Translations under genes and position numbers: made by a program
Notes under the pieces: generated by a model
The model's input: the letters and a program-made list of their open reading frames with translations, nothing else
What the model was told of the DNA's origin: nothing
The model's database searches: none
From: Lama glama
Taxonomy: Eukaryota
Direction of reading: 5' to 3'
Length of the DNA stretch: 64,000 nucleotides
NCBI GenBank assembly: GCA_028534125.1
Contig: CM052817.1
Span: forward strand, 105,154,001-105,218,000
Part shown: in pieces, positions 38,570-52,149 of the stretch
Position numbering within the stretch: the first letter of the stretch is position 1
Layout of the letters: each line of letters opens with the position of its first letter

Positions 38570-38920
38570 AGCATTCACTTTGAGTCAGAGCTGACTTGTT
38601 GCTTTCTTCTCACTAGTGTTACAAACCTGTATCTCAACTTGCCCAGACCCGTGAAAGTTGCCTGACCTTCCTGCCTCAGGTGCCTTCCCCATGAATCAGC
38701 CTCACTCTTATTTTCAGTTTCTGTAACATTTCTCTCCCTTAAAACAGTCTCTCTGATTGCCTCCTGCAGACAACAGTGCTTCAGTTTGATTTTTGACTTA
38801 GTTATAGCACACTGGAGTCTCAACAGTCTATTGCATGGGATTTCCATAGGCATTAAATGAGATAATGCACACACGTGTTTAGCATATTGCCTGGTATGAT
38901 ATCTTTCAGAGTTAAATGCT
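38570..38920 (+). mobile_element. MIR fragments
   Basis: ATTAAATGAGATAATGCACACACGTGTTTAGCATATTGCCTGGTA matches the MIR 3' part. Confidence 0.65.
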
Positions 38921-38944
38921 CTTTCTGTAACTAAAAGTTTTAAA

Positions 38945-39925
38945 GTAAAATGCAAATTTCTCATACTACACAGCAATCCCACACCTAGATATCTACTGAA
39001 GAGAAATGAAAACTATATTTACATAACAACATGCAGGCTAATATTCATAGCAGTGTTAGTCATAATAGCTAAAATCTGCAAATATGTACATTTCCATCAA
39101 CTAGTGAATGATAAACAAAATTTGTATGCTAGTTGCATACTATATTCCATAAAATCCATGTCCATTTGGAACCTTAGAATCTGACCTTATTTGGAAACAA
39201 GGTATTTGCAGATGTAACTAGTTACATACAGAAATAAGTTGGATCCTAATCCAAGGATTGATATTTTTATATTAAAAGAATATAGGGGAGACAAAAAGAC
39301 AAGAAAGGAATAGCCCCATGTGATGACGGAGGCAGAGATTGGAGTAACGCCTTTATAAGCCCTGGAACGTGAGGGCTTGCTGGCAACCACCAGAAGCTCA
39401 GATGAGGCAAGGAAGTATCCTCCCCTAGAATCTTCAGAGAGAACATGGCTCTGCCAACACGTTGATTTTAGGCTTCTCGCCTCCAGAACTGTGAGAGAAT
39501 GTGTCTGTTGTTTCCAGTCACCAAGTGTGTGGTATTTCGTCACTGCAGCCTTAGAAAACTAATACATTTGGTACAATAAAACGCCACTCAGGCACAAAAA
39601 GAAATGCACTACTGACATTTAATCAAGTATGGATGAATTTCAAAATACTATGCTAACAGAAAGAAACAAGACTTAAAAGATGGCATACTGCATGGTTCCA
39701 TTTATATGAAAAGTACATTTATAGGGATAGAAAATAGATTATTGGATTCCTGGGGAAGCAGATGAGAAAGATTGCAAATAATCTGAAATAATCTCTTTAA
39801 AGTGATGAAAAAGACAAACTGAATTGTTTTGATAATTGTACAACTCTGCCAGTTTACTAATAATCACTAAATTATGTAGACACATGAGTAAATTTCTTCA
39901 TATGCTTATTACACCCCAATAAAGT
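38945..39925 (+). mobile_element. Old L1 3' end interrupted by an MLT1 LTR
   Basis: CAGCAATCCCACACCTAGATAT...GAAATGAAAAC...TTCATAGCAG. Resumes at 39567 and continues to ATGGTTCCATTTATATGAAA. Confidence 0.8.
39123..39566 (+). mobile_element. MaLR solo LTR, MLT1C-like
   Basis: GGAACCTTAGAATCTGACCTTATTTGGAAACAAGG...GCCTCCAGAACTGTGAGAGAAT...GAAAACTAATACA. Confidence 0.9.
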
Positions 39926-40129
39926 TCTATTTACTATAAAGAAGAAAAGATGCTGTCAAGAAGAGTGATTAAAAATCAAAGTTACAAAATGACATGGCAT
40001 TTGAGATCATAAGTAAGGGTGATAGATTGGGGAAAAAAATCTGTAAATCTAGAATCTCTTTTTTTTCTCCTGGACATACTTTTTTGTTTGTTTGTTTGTT
40101 TTTAAATCCTTAAAAATTTGTTTTGCTTT

Positions 40130-43100
40130 TGAATCAATGGATATATCATTTAGACAGAAGATCAATATGGAAACTTCATACTTAAATGACACATTATACC
40201 AAATTGAACTAACAGATATGTACAGAACATTCCATTCAAAAACAGTACAACACACATTCTTCTCAAGTGAACATGAAACATTTTCTGGGATTGATCCCAT
40301 GTTAGGTCACAAAATAAAACTCAATAAACTCCAGAATTTTGAAATCATCTCAAGCATCTTCTCCAACTACAGTGGTATAAAAGGAGAAATCAATCACAAA
40401 GGAAAAATGGGAAAATCATAAAAATATGAGGACTAAATAAACGACATGCTCTTGAACTTCTAATGGGTCATCAAAGATATCAAAGGAGAAATCAAAAAAT
40501 ACTTAGACACAAATGAAAATAGAAACAAGGCACATTAAAAATCTATGGGATGCAGAAAATGCTGTTCTAAGAGGGAAGTTCATAGCAATATAAGCCTACC
40601 TCAATAGACAAGAAAAACCCCAAATAAATAACTTTACACTTAGAGGAACTAGAAATAAAAGAACAAACAAAACCCCAGATTAGTAAAAAGGAAGGAAATA
40701 ACGAAGATCAGAGTGAAAAATAATTAAAAGAATGACTAAAAAACTCAGTAGAAAAGATCAATGAGACTAAGAGCTAGCTCCTTGAAAAATAAACAAAATT
40801 GATAAACCTTTGGCTAGATTAACCAAAAATGGAAGAGGATTCAAATAAATAAAATCAGAAATGAAAAGGGGGAAGTTACAATTGAAACCACAGAAATACA
40901 AAGGGCAATAGGAGGCTACTTTAAAATTGAGCAACCTAGAAGAATTGGGGATATTCTTAGAAACAATCTTCTAAGACTGAATCATGAAAAAATGCTGACT
41001 AGACCAATTACTAGTAATGAAATTGAAATAGTACTTAAAAGTCTCACAATAAACAAAAGCCCAGAACCAGACTGCTTCGCTGGCAAATTCTACGAAACAC
41101 TCAAAGAAGATTTAATACTTATTCTTCTCATTTTTTTTCCCAAAAATTGAAGAGGAGGAAAATATCCAGCACATTTTATAAAACCATTGTCACCCTGGTA
41201 CCAAAACCAGATAAGGACACAACCAAAAAAAAAAAAAATTACAGGTAAATAAACTTGATCAATATAAATGCAAAAATCCTAGCAAACAAAATCTGATAGT
41301 ACATTAAAAGTATCATACATCATGATTAGAAGGGATTTATTCCAGGGATGCAAGAATGGTACAGTGTCTGCAAATCAACAAATTAACAAAAATGAAGATT
41401 AAAAATTGTATGATCATGCCAATAGTTGTAGAAAAAGATCTGACAAAATTCAACAACTATAGGATAAAAACTCTTATTAAATGGGTATAGAGGGAACATA
41501 CCTCAACATAATGAAGACCATATATAACAAACTCACAGGTAACATACTCAGTGGTGAAAAACTGAGAGCTTTTTTCCTCAAATCACGAAAAAAATAAGGA
41601 TGCCCGCTTTTACCACTTTTAGTTGACACAGTATTGGAAGACTCAGCCACAATCAGACAAGAGAGATAAAAAGCATACAAATTGGGAAAAGAAGTAAAAC
41701 TGTCACTATTTGCAGGTGACACAATACCATTCATAGAAAATCCTAAAGACACCACCAGAACTATTAGAGCTAACAAATGAGTTCATTAAATTCATAGGAA
41801 ACAAAATCTATACACAGAAATCTGTGGCATTTCTACACTAATAATGAACTATTAGAAAGAGAAATTAAAAATAATTCTATTTATAATTGCATCAAAATTT
41901 AAAATACTTAGGAATACATTTTGCTAGGAAGGTAAAAGACTTGCACTCTGAAAAGTCTAGGACACTGATGAAAGAAATTGAAGACAACACAAATAAATGG
42001 AAAGATATCCTTCATGAATTGAAAGGATTAATATTGTTAAAATGTCCATACCACCCAAAGCAATCTACAGATTCAATGCAATCCCACAGAAACGAACAAT
42101 TCTAAAATTTGTATGAAACCAAGAAAGACCCCAAGTTGCCAAGGCAATCTTGATAAAGAAGAACAAAGCTGGAGGTCTCACCTGCCCTGATTTCAAATTA
42201 TACTACAAAGCTACAGCAATCAAAACTGCATGATACTGGAGCAGTAGCAGACACACAGATCAGTGGAACAGAATAGAGAGCCCAGAAATTAAGCCAGACT
42301 TATATGGTCAATTAATTTTCTGACAAAGGTCCAAGACTGTAAAGTCAGTCTCTTCAATAAATGGTGTTGGGAAAACTGGACAACTACATGCAAGAGAGTG
42401 AAACTGAACAGCTTTCTTATACCGTATGTAAAAAGAAACCCAAAATGAATTAAAGGCTTAAGTGTCAGATCTGAACTATAAAACTCCTAGAAGAAAATAT
42501 AGGTGGTAACCTCATTGACATTGGTCTTAGAGATGTTTTTGTGGTTATAACACTAAAGGCCTGGGCAACAGAAGTAAAAAGAAACAAATGGGACTACATT
42601 AAACTAAAAAGCTTTTACACAGCAAAGGAAATCATTAACAAAAGGAAAAGGCAACCTGCTAAATGGGAAAAGATGTTTGCAAATCATGTATCCAGTAAGG
42701 AGTTCATATAGAAAACATATATAAATAACTCATTTGTATTGATGAGTGCATGGATCTGAAAAGACATTTTTTTCCAGAGAAAACATACAGATGGACAACA
42801 GACACATGAAAAGATGTTCAACATTGTTAATTATTAGGGAAATGTTAATTAAAATGACCACAATGAGATATCACCACATACATGTTAGAATGGCTAACAT
42901 TAAAAAGACAGTAAATAATCAATGTTGGAGAGGATGTGGAGAAAAGGAATCCCTTATACACAGTTGGTGGGACTGTAATCGGGTGCAGTAACTTTGAAAA
43001 CAATATGGAGATTCCTCAGAACGTCCTGATTAGAACTACCGTATGACCTAGCTGCTCCACTTCTGGGTCTTTATCCAAAAAACACACAAATGCTAATTCG

Positions 43101-43600
43101 AAAAGATACATGCACCACCGTGTTCACTGCAGCATGATTCATGATAGCCAAGATATGGAAACAATTTGTATCCATGGATGAATGAATGGGCAATAAAGGT
43201 GTGTATTTATAAATACAAGTGAATACTACTCAGCCATATAAAAGAGGGAGATCCTGTTCTTTGCGACAACATGGATGGAACTTGAAGGTATTATGCTCAG
43301 TGAACTAAATCAGACACAGAAAGGACAAATACTATATGATTTCATTCATATGTGGGAAAAAAAAACAAACAAAAATAAACCAACCAAGCAAAATAAAACA
43401 AAAACAAATGAATAGATACAAAGAACAGATCAGTGGTTACCCAAGGAGAAGGAAGTTGAGAGAGTGGGCAAAATGGGTGAAGGGGTCACCTGTATGGTGA
43501 CGGATGGTAACTAGACATGTGATGATTGCTTTGCAGTGTATACAGATGTTGAATTATAATGTTGTGAACCCCTGAAACTTCTACAATAATAAGTTTTAAA
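40130..43600 (+). mobile_element. L1, most of ORF2 plus 3'UTR, degenerate
   Basis: Endonuclease remnant in ORF 40092-40421 (LTDMYRTFHSKTVQHTFFSSEHETFSGID), RT remnants, and C-terminal [13 protein letters not shown]...CWRGCGEK. Many stops and frameshifts. Confidence 0.95.
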
Positions 43601-46600
43601 AACATGTCTTATTTTTATGAGCCTGCTGTAATTGATGCAATAGATCGGAGAATTATTTAAAGACAACAAGGAGCAGAGCTTAAATATTTGAATGTGCTTA
43701 TCCAAGCAGATGACTCTGATCTCAGCGGTTTCTAGCCTGGAGTCTTCACGGTCCTATACAAGTCATTTAAAGGACTAATAGGTATTCTCAGACATTTTTT
43801 GATATTTCAATAAGCATATTATAAAACACAATGTTGTTTAAAAAACACATTTCACATTTTTCATTTTTATTTATTTTAGTTGCAATTATATTAACTTCAT
43901 GTTGAGACAGAATTTCTCTAGTGATCAGAGTTTCTAAATGATATATGTTTTGATTAATAAAAAGCTATTAAAATTTAATTGACACATGCTTTAGTTTAAT
44001 CAAAGATACTGCTTGACCTAATGTCTTATATGAGCATAATGGAATGAGGTTACAGTGATAAATAATTTGGAACAATTGATACAACTTACATACACGTATC
44101 CTCTCAAAATATTTCTTACATGAAGAAAACAACTTTTTTATGGCTCTCAAGAGACCTCAGAAGTTGTGCATCTTTTTAGAACAATATGTGTGCTAGTTTG
44201 ATGATTTTTCATTAATATAGAGAGTTAAGGTTTTTGTTTGCTGCTTTGTTTTGTTTCTTATTCGATTTATTTTTACTTCAGTCAGTCTTTGTATTCTTCA
44301 GAGCATTGTTAACAATCACAAAACAGAGTAACAGTACAGGGCTTGCTTATTCATGATAATACACAAACGTATAAATGGCACTCAGTCCGCACTGCGTATC
44401 CACACAGCTTTGGTTAACACGTCAACTGTGCCAAACAGATACAGAGAGGAAACAGAATTTATGAGCGGTAAATATGGTTTTGGTTACATACTTGTACCAA
44501 GAAGATACGGCATCTGCTTATTGATATTTTGCAACTATTAAATCTGAGTGTAACTGACAACATATACATTTAATATGCATTTCCAAATATATGAATGCAA
44601 AAATAGGACCTGATTAATCTGCTTAAATGAAATGATTTATAAGCAATATAAGCGTTGTTCACATAACTTGAGTTTTTGCATGAAAACTTGCAGAATGCAA
44701 ACGAAAGATCATGGATTTTCCACGTTCAGTGTTTTCTCTTCACAATGGAAAAAATGTTATTTTTCCGCAAAATGACTGTTCTGCACAACTTGATGTAGGA
44801 TTTACCTAAACAATGTAAATAAAAGGCAGTAATGTAAACATTATTAAACAGTCTCATGAAGAAATGGTGAAATTAGTTTTATAGCACTCAATACAAAGAA
44901 AAATGAAGAGGGTGTTCTATCTACTTACCACAGATCTTTCATTCATTTGGACCTAGCCTTTCCATTTATTATGTGTCAATTTGCTATAAAATCTGAAGCG
45001 TAGCAAAATCTCTTATGTGAGGAGACTGTTCTGAGTGGTATATCAAACAATTCACATGTCCAGTCAGCTAGGTAAATAGAGGCAAATTTTCTCCAGGTTA
45101 TCAATATTAAATGTAAAGCATAATTTACATAAAATCCCTAATATCTTCTACTTTTCAAGCTTGTTTATACGAAACGCTTCTGTTCTTCAAAATACCTACT
45201 TGATTCTGGCTTACTCTATACTACCCTCTCCCTCCAATGCAATCTCTATGTTGGACCCAAATACAAACTTCCCTTTATCTGGTCAAGCCTTTTTCAACTA
45301 GTTTACATATATTTATATCCAATAAATATGTTTATATTAGGCCAGTCCAGCAAAAGCTCTATTCAGTTTTATAAGGATTTACACAGGCCATATAAGTACC
45401 AAGTATGCGTTGACATCAATGGTAATTATTGTGTGTGTCTTTCCTTTTCATTTCTTCCATATTTCTCACACCACCTAGTCTCAGTAGAACAGAGACTAAC
45501 TGAGATGCTATGATAGAGGTTGGGCATGAAAGAAATTAAAGTCTTATAACAGAACCTATGCTGACCAAGGAAATCTCACAGGAAAGGCCAACCAGACTGC
45601 GTGGTAAGTTCTCGATTGCCAGACATTTTTTGTTGTAACCTTAACAAGTTGATCTTTCTAATAAAAATTAAGTTACCTTCTATAATATCCAATGCTGAGT
45701 AAAGCTTAGGGAACGTATGTTGGAAGTGCCACTTTTGGAGAGATTTCCTTGATTTTTTTCCTTTAATTTAGGAATAATGTTATATAATATGGTTTAACTC
45801 AGTTCACTATGATGGTGAAAGCAGTTCTGCACATGAGAGCAATGCAATTAGGAGAAATTAGATATGAGTCACTATAAACATAGGAAGGCCATCTTGCAGA
45901 ATCATTGTGTAAAGAAAGTTGAAATGAAAAGGTCATATTTTACATAATGTTGAAAAGTCTAAGGGCATTCATCTATATTGATGTTAATGGAGAAAGAAAA
46001 GTTAATAAAGCCACTTGGCAATATGATTACAGTCTATAAATAAGAACATGATGTGCGCACAGCAGCTGGGTCCCTTTGCTGGGGAGGTCAAAGAGCTGCA
46101 CCTGCTTTATTCTACCTGGAGGAGAAGGGGCCACATGGTCAACTAGTCACCCGGCACCAAAGAATTTTATAAGCCAACACTCTGTGCGTGTGCACCGATC
46201 AGTGAGAAAAAGAGACATCATGTTTCTAAGTTTGTGGTTTGGGGCTTATTCCATTAAAATACCCAATTTTACAGCACAATATGACTTAGAGGATTCTTCC
46301 AGAAAAGGATGTAATAATCATTTGGAAAATCGCTACATGTTCTCTAAGGTTTCTTCTAGTTCAAATCGTCTGTGACTTCACATCTTTCAATTGAACAAGC
46401 TTTTTGTTCTATATTTATTCCTATACGTACAATTACACATTTCATCTACAATTTTTTTTAATTACAAAAAACTCTGATGTGAAAAAGTTTTGCTTAAATG
46501 TAGTATTCTAGTTCACTGCCAAATATGTCTTCAAAATTAAACATGGCCAAAAAATATCTACTATATTTGAGGAGTTTCTCTACAGTAATATAACAGACAA

Positions 46601-47537
46601 AAATAAAAACATAATGAAATAGTTTAAAATAGGTCATTTTATTATAAACTGTTGGAGACAATGAACTGAGACAACTGCATAAGTAATTAAATAAACATAT
46701 AATTGTAGTTCACACAAAGTAATGATTCACTTATACACTTGGATTATAAAAAAGTAACTTGAATTTGCATATAATTAATTCATTCAAGTTGTTATATTTT
46801 AATAAGGAAAACTTCATTTTACAGTGCTTACAAAATATCATTTGAGAAGGACTCTTGTTTTCTCAGTTCCTTTACAAATATGTGCTTTTGCATTTATTCA
46901 AATGTTGCAGGCTGCAATTTAGAAAATGGTTAAGAAGCAGCAATGCAAGACCTAAAAGTAAATTAATTCCAAAGTCTGAATTAGTTCTGTTTAAGGCTCT
47001 TACCATTATTCACTGTGGCCGAATCCTATATTTTCTGCATTTCATTTTCTTTACTTTTTCTCTCATTTTTTTTTGTCTTTCCATGAAATAAATAAGTAAA
47101 GGTCTTTAAAATAAAAGCAACAATGCATTTATTATTGCTCTTTCTTGATCGTTGTTCTCCCTTTCTCCCAGTCCCTAGCAATTACAATACCACATGTATT
47201 TATGTTTAGGAACAGAACAGTAACAGGCATCATATATTTTAGTTTCATTGTTAAGAACCTGAATAGTAAGTGGCAAAAGCAGGCACAGGGTGGATTCTGC
47301 AACCTCTTTTATATGCTTTCTCTTTCCACTTGCAAATTGGATAAATGTAGCCAAGGTGTTTTGCCAGCTAATTAGATGTGAATAGGTGCAATTATATGCC
47401 AGTTTACTACCACTATTTGTGGAAATGAGATGGGATTTGCATGATTTGTACTGAAATACTTTGAATTCTGTTACTTACAAACCTGATTTTATGATGCATA
47501 CTGAAACATTCAAATGGAAATTTCCATTGTGTGGAGG

Positions 47538-47583
47538 TGTCTGTCTGTCTGTCTGTCTATCTATCTACCTATTTATCTATCTA
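47538..47583. repeat. Compound microsatellite (TGTC)n(TATC)n
   Basis: TGTCTGTCTGTCTGTCTGTCTATCTATCTACCTATTTATCTATCTA. Confidence 0.9.
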
Positions 47584-48397
47584 TATTACTTATTTGAAAG
47601 TACATTTTAATAAATCTCATGTAACTCCAAATCTGTGAGAAGCAAGTTATGTTAGTTTGGAAATAAACTTGAAGGCTTGGCTTTTTCATTATTCTTTAGC
47701 TTTTGTCTTTTGTAAAAATCCATATGGAAAGAACATACTGTAGTGCTTTTAGAATACTTATACATTCTTAAGAAAACATGCTCTTACTAAATTGGCATTC
47801 CATTATCTTGAGTTAGTCACAGTCCAGGAGTAATAATTCAGCCTCTGAATCATGATGCCCAGAAAGATACATGTATCAAAATATAGCCTTTGTTGTTGAG
47901 CCGAAATTCAACAACAAAGCTTAGATTTCAAACAGCCTAAACTTAATTCTGTTCTTACATCCATCATTCCCCTACGAGGTTGATCATAAATATGTGAAAA
48001 ATGTAGGTAACATAAGGTAGTCATAAAAGGAGGAATAGGGGGTTCAAAATGAGAAATCAAGCAAGACAATAAAAATGTATAACATAAATCCAATATAAAC
48101 ACACAATGGGCCACAGATTTGGCTCTAAGCTTTGAAAATTAAAATGAAATGAGGAATTAAGTAGACTGATAACGCACAAGGACTACAAAATACAAACAAA
48201 CCAACTGCTCATCTTAAGGTGAAAAATTAATTTGTTCTCCACGTTACCTGTAAATAGGACACCAGTGTAATTAGCAATGCCTTTAAAAGAAGGATTAGAG
48301 TAAACATTGAAGTTTTTCTTCTAACATCCCTCAATAAAGTGAGACATACTGTGTTTGCTAAAAACATCTCCAGAGGTCAATCACAGGGGGCAAAATA

Positions 48398-48897
48398 NNN
48401 NNNNNNNNNNNNNNNNNNNNNNNNNNNNNNNNNNNNNNNNNNNNNNNNNNNNNNNNNNNNNNNNNNNNNNNNNNNNNNNNNNNNNNNNNNNNNNNNNNNN
48501 NNNNNNNNNNNNNNNNNNNNNNNNNNNNNNNNNNNNNNNNNNNNNNNNNNNNNNNNNNNNNNNNNNNNNNNNNNNNNNNNNNNNNNNNNNNNNNNNNNNN
48601 NNNNNNNNNNNNNNNNNNNNNNNNNNNNNNNNNNNNNNNNNNNNNNNNNNNNNNNNNNNNNNNNNNNNNNNNNNNNNNNNNNNNNNNNNNNNNNNNNNNN
48701 NNNNNNNNNNNNNNNNNNNNNNNNNNNNNNNNNNNNNNNNNNNNNNNNNNNNNNNNNNNNNNNNNNNNNNNNNNNNNNNNNNNNNNNNNNNNNNNNNNNN
48801 NNNNNNNNNNNNNNNNNNNNNNNNNNNNNNNNNNNNNNNNNNNNNNNNNNNNNNNNNNNNNNNNNNNNNNNNNNNNNNNNNNNNNNNNNNNNNNNNN
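48398..48897. other. Assembly gap (500 N)
   Basis: Run of exactly 500 N. Confidence 0.99.
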
Positions 48898-51800
48898 CAC
48901 TTGGAAGAGCTAATTGAAGCTTGGAAACAATGATGATTTATAGGAAATCTGTTAGAGCCACCATAACCATCTCAGCAGAGTCCTGATTATCAGCTCAAAT
49001 GGCTCTGAAATGCGGTCATACTGGAATGAATTGGTTATCTGAGACGTGAGAACTTGGTGGCTGAGAATGATTTCCAGGATGGTTCAGAAGCACTCCACAC
49101 AAAGGTAAGAAATATACTAGTGAGGGGGGTATTGGCATATCTGAGAGACTTAGTGGTGGCTGTCCCCTGTGGGCAAGGATTGATGGTAAGGTATGCAGCT
49201 TTGCTTTGTTTACCTAATGTCAGCGGGGACGTCAGGATTCTGAAATAGCCGAAGTCCGATGTCAACATATAACCACTAGGTGCCAGATGAATGGCGTTCC
49301 ATGTGGACTTTAACCATCGTCATCACTGACATTGGCAAGAGCCCGTGTTGTTTCTTCCTAGCAGCAAAATGGATGGGCAGTCAATTAAGTTGTTTCTTGA
49401 CATAAACAACCGGCTAAGAGCAAGTGAGTGAATGTGAAGCAAGGGAAGACTGATGTTAAATGTCACGATGAACCATCACAATCCACTGAAAGTTTTCCAG
49501 ACTTGAGCTATTTCTCAACCTAGAGGCCATTTATTAAACTGGAGGCCAGGTACCCTTGAGGAAGTACAAAATTTCACAGCAAGTATGTAAATCACCACTT
49601 TTCTCTTAAAGGGACTTGAGCCCACTCATGAGAGTAGCTACCCACTGGGAAAGGAAAGCACACAGATTTCATGGACTGTTGGATGCAGGTTGTCAGTTGA
49701 CATTAATATCAGGTGAACCAAAATAACACAGCCCTCTTTCCCTGTAAAACTCAGGCGACAGGGACAAGGCCCAAACCCGCCTCATGATAGATCCAACGGG
49801 TCTACTGAGAATTCTGTAACTGTTTCCCTGCACTTGGTTTTATCATAGGAATAGACAGCACTGAATCCTCACCTGTGTTCTCTGACCTGTGACATAAAAA
49901 TCCATTATAATAAAAAAAAAAAAGACCAATTGGAAATTTCTGAAACTGTTCTTTTCCCTCCCTCCAGACTAGGACAAAAATAATAAATCAGAAGCAATGT
50001 CTTATTCCAGGCAAAATGGTGAAGATTGGTGCCATGTTCAAAGGTACGAGTGATAGTTACCATCATATCACCGTTCAGTTTTCAGTTTTGATATTTACAG
50101 AAACCAGAAGCATCACAGGCAGATAACATGGACCTTAATTTAACCCAGTGATAGTTCTGGTCCCAACCTCTGTCCAAAGTCAAAATCTTATTTTTTTTTT
50201 AAATAAAAAAAATGGTTAACTCAGATTCTGGAATTTGCTGCTAATCTGATAACTGGGTTCTTTTTAATTTCTGTGAAAAAGGATAATAAAAAAGAGCTTT
50301 TGCTCGAGAGACACAGCAACATACATTCGCAGTATTTCCCCAGGTTAAGCTTGCTCTTCTGCTCGGCCGCGGTAGCAGAGCTGGGGGTTACAACACAGGC
50401 CTTAATGGCCTCAAGTGCACCCTTTGGCCCTTTTCAAAGAAAGCCTTTTTCTCTTTCCTAGTGTATGCTGGAACACCCCTTCTAATGTAATGAAAAATGA
50501 TTTCATCTTGCACGTTCCACCACTAAAAAGAGCACAGAGCTCTTTGAGTCTCTTTGCCTTTTGAAGGTATATCTGTATATAAATCACTTATTCATACCAC
50601 TTCAACCCATTTATTGGGTGAATCATAAAGCTGCAAGTTTTAAATGGGTCTGAGCAAGACAGTATTCAGCAGGACATTCAGACTGATGTTCAAATGACCG
50701 GCATTTAGTGCACACGACCCAGCAGGTGCCAGCAGTATAAAAGGACTGTTAAGGACAGCGTGTGGACTCTCTGGGCAGCCTGAGCAGGAGCGTCGCAGGG
50801 GATGAGTATGCCCCAGGGTGTGATTCAAAATCATGCTGCTGGAGCAAGGACTCATTCGTCACCTGCAAACCAGCTCCTGATGTGCTGTTGGGCCTTAGCA
50901 GCCACTCCATCTGACCTTCACACATTGTTTGACCACGTCCAGAGCCGGGCATCTTGAGCTGCGTGCATAGTGTAAGATCCACCATTTCAAAAGTTTGAGG
51001 GTGAACAGTATCAATCCCTTATGAAATGGAATTGGTACATTCCGGATAGCGCGCACACAGGGGCAGAGGAATCATTAATTTTTCAGCAATAAGAAACGCA
51101 GCCCTCACAACACGCTTCCCTAGTACCGAGGGTCTCTCTTCTAGCTGACACCTCTAGGCTTCCGGGGAGCGGCCTGTAACCTGAGGCTGGTCCTCAATAT
51201 ACGGAAGTGAATGGACTGCAAATGGGCTGCTTCTCTAGGACAACTCCACTTAGTGGTGGCCCCAAAAGGCAGAATGAGGGGAAATCTTCCCAAACTTCTC
51301 AGCTGGGTGTCAACCTGATATGGAGGAAGAATTGATCAAAGGTAAGAAAAGTACAGAAGACACAGTGATCCCTGAGTAGCATGAAGTTGCCAGATTGGAT
51401 TGCCAGGGTCTGGAAGCAAAGAGGTCTGTAAGGAGGGCTGATGACGGACCCCCAGAAATGAGGACAAAATGTGGAGATTTTTGCATCTCTTGTCAGGGTC
51501 CACCAGGCATGAGCTTTCAGCTGTGAGAGTAGCTGACTCAGCTTTCCTGCCAGGGAGATGTGCTGGGTTCACCAAGAGCAGGTTCGACGGCTGAGGGGTT
51601 GATATGTTTGCACTGGTATCACGTTGGTGTTATTAGACCCATTCTATCCTGAAGAGAACAGTAAGTCATCTTTTCTGGGACTGATGCAGATTTAGCCTGG
51701 ATGCAGCCTCATCTTAGCCAGCATGACAGCACGCTCTGTGAATCTCTGAGAGTATCTTATTTACTGACATAAAATGTGACATAAGAACACCTCGGACAAA

Positions 51801-52130
51801 GAGACTACTGCAGACAAAGGAGATTCAACAGCTGGCCTATGTCTTCAGGATCCATTTTTCCATTAGAACATTTTTGTTTTACTAGCTTATCTGGCAGCCT
51901 GAGAGAACATTGTGATGGACTCTTGCAGGTGTAGCTGAGCCCTGGGGCTGACACTTTACATGATTTATATATACATATTTATTTTAAACTAGAGGTCGTT
52001 ATATGTTTCTTGATTCTAATGACTAAAATATACTGATCCCGAAAAAAAAATTTTAAAGGTAGAATTATGTGTGGCCCCTCTAACCATTAATGCCAGAAAT
52101 CCATCTGGAAATTTGCACTGGAAACGGGTT
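48898..52130 (+). mobile_element. Decayed class III (ERVL-type) provirus internal region: gag-pro-pol remnants
   Basis: Gag-like RNILVRGVLAYLRDLVVAV in ORF 49054-49248. Protease HWERKAHRFHGLLDAGCQLTLISGEP at 49643-49720, resembling ERVL HWGKG..F.GLLDTGSELTLIPGDP. RT start NQKQ at ~49985, MKWNWYI at ~51021, EGKSSQ at ~51276, and integrase-like remnants at ~51590-51940. Confidence 0.85.
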
Positions 52131-52149
52131 TCCAGAATGAGAGATTCAG

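Noticed and set aside
46049..46260. Possible small LTR fragment (minus-strand TATAAAA and AATAAA)
   Set aside because: No definable termini or TSD, and no family I recognise.
34560..48397. Possible host-gene exons in the non-repeat stretches
   Set aside because: I could not identify a splice-bounded segment with recognisable coding content by eye. Short exons cannot be excluded without alignment.
48339..48933. Three 180-192 aa ORFs
   Set aside because: They are artefacts of reading through the N gap.
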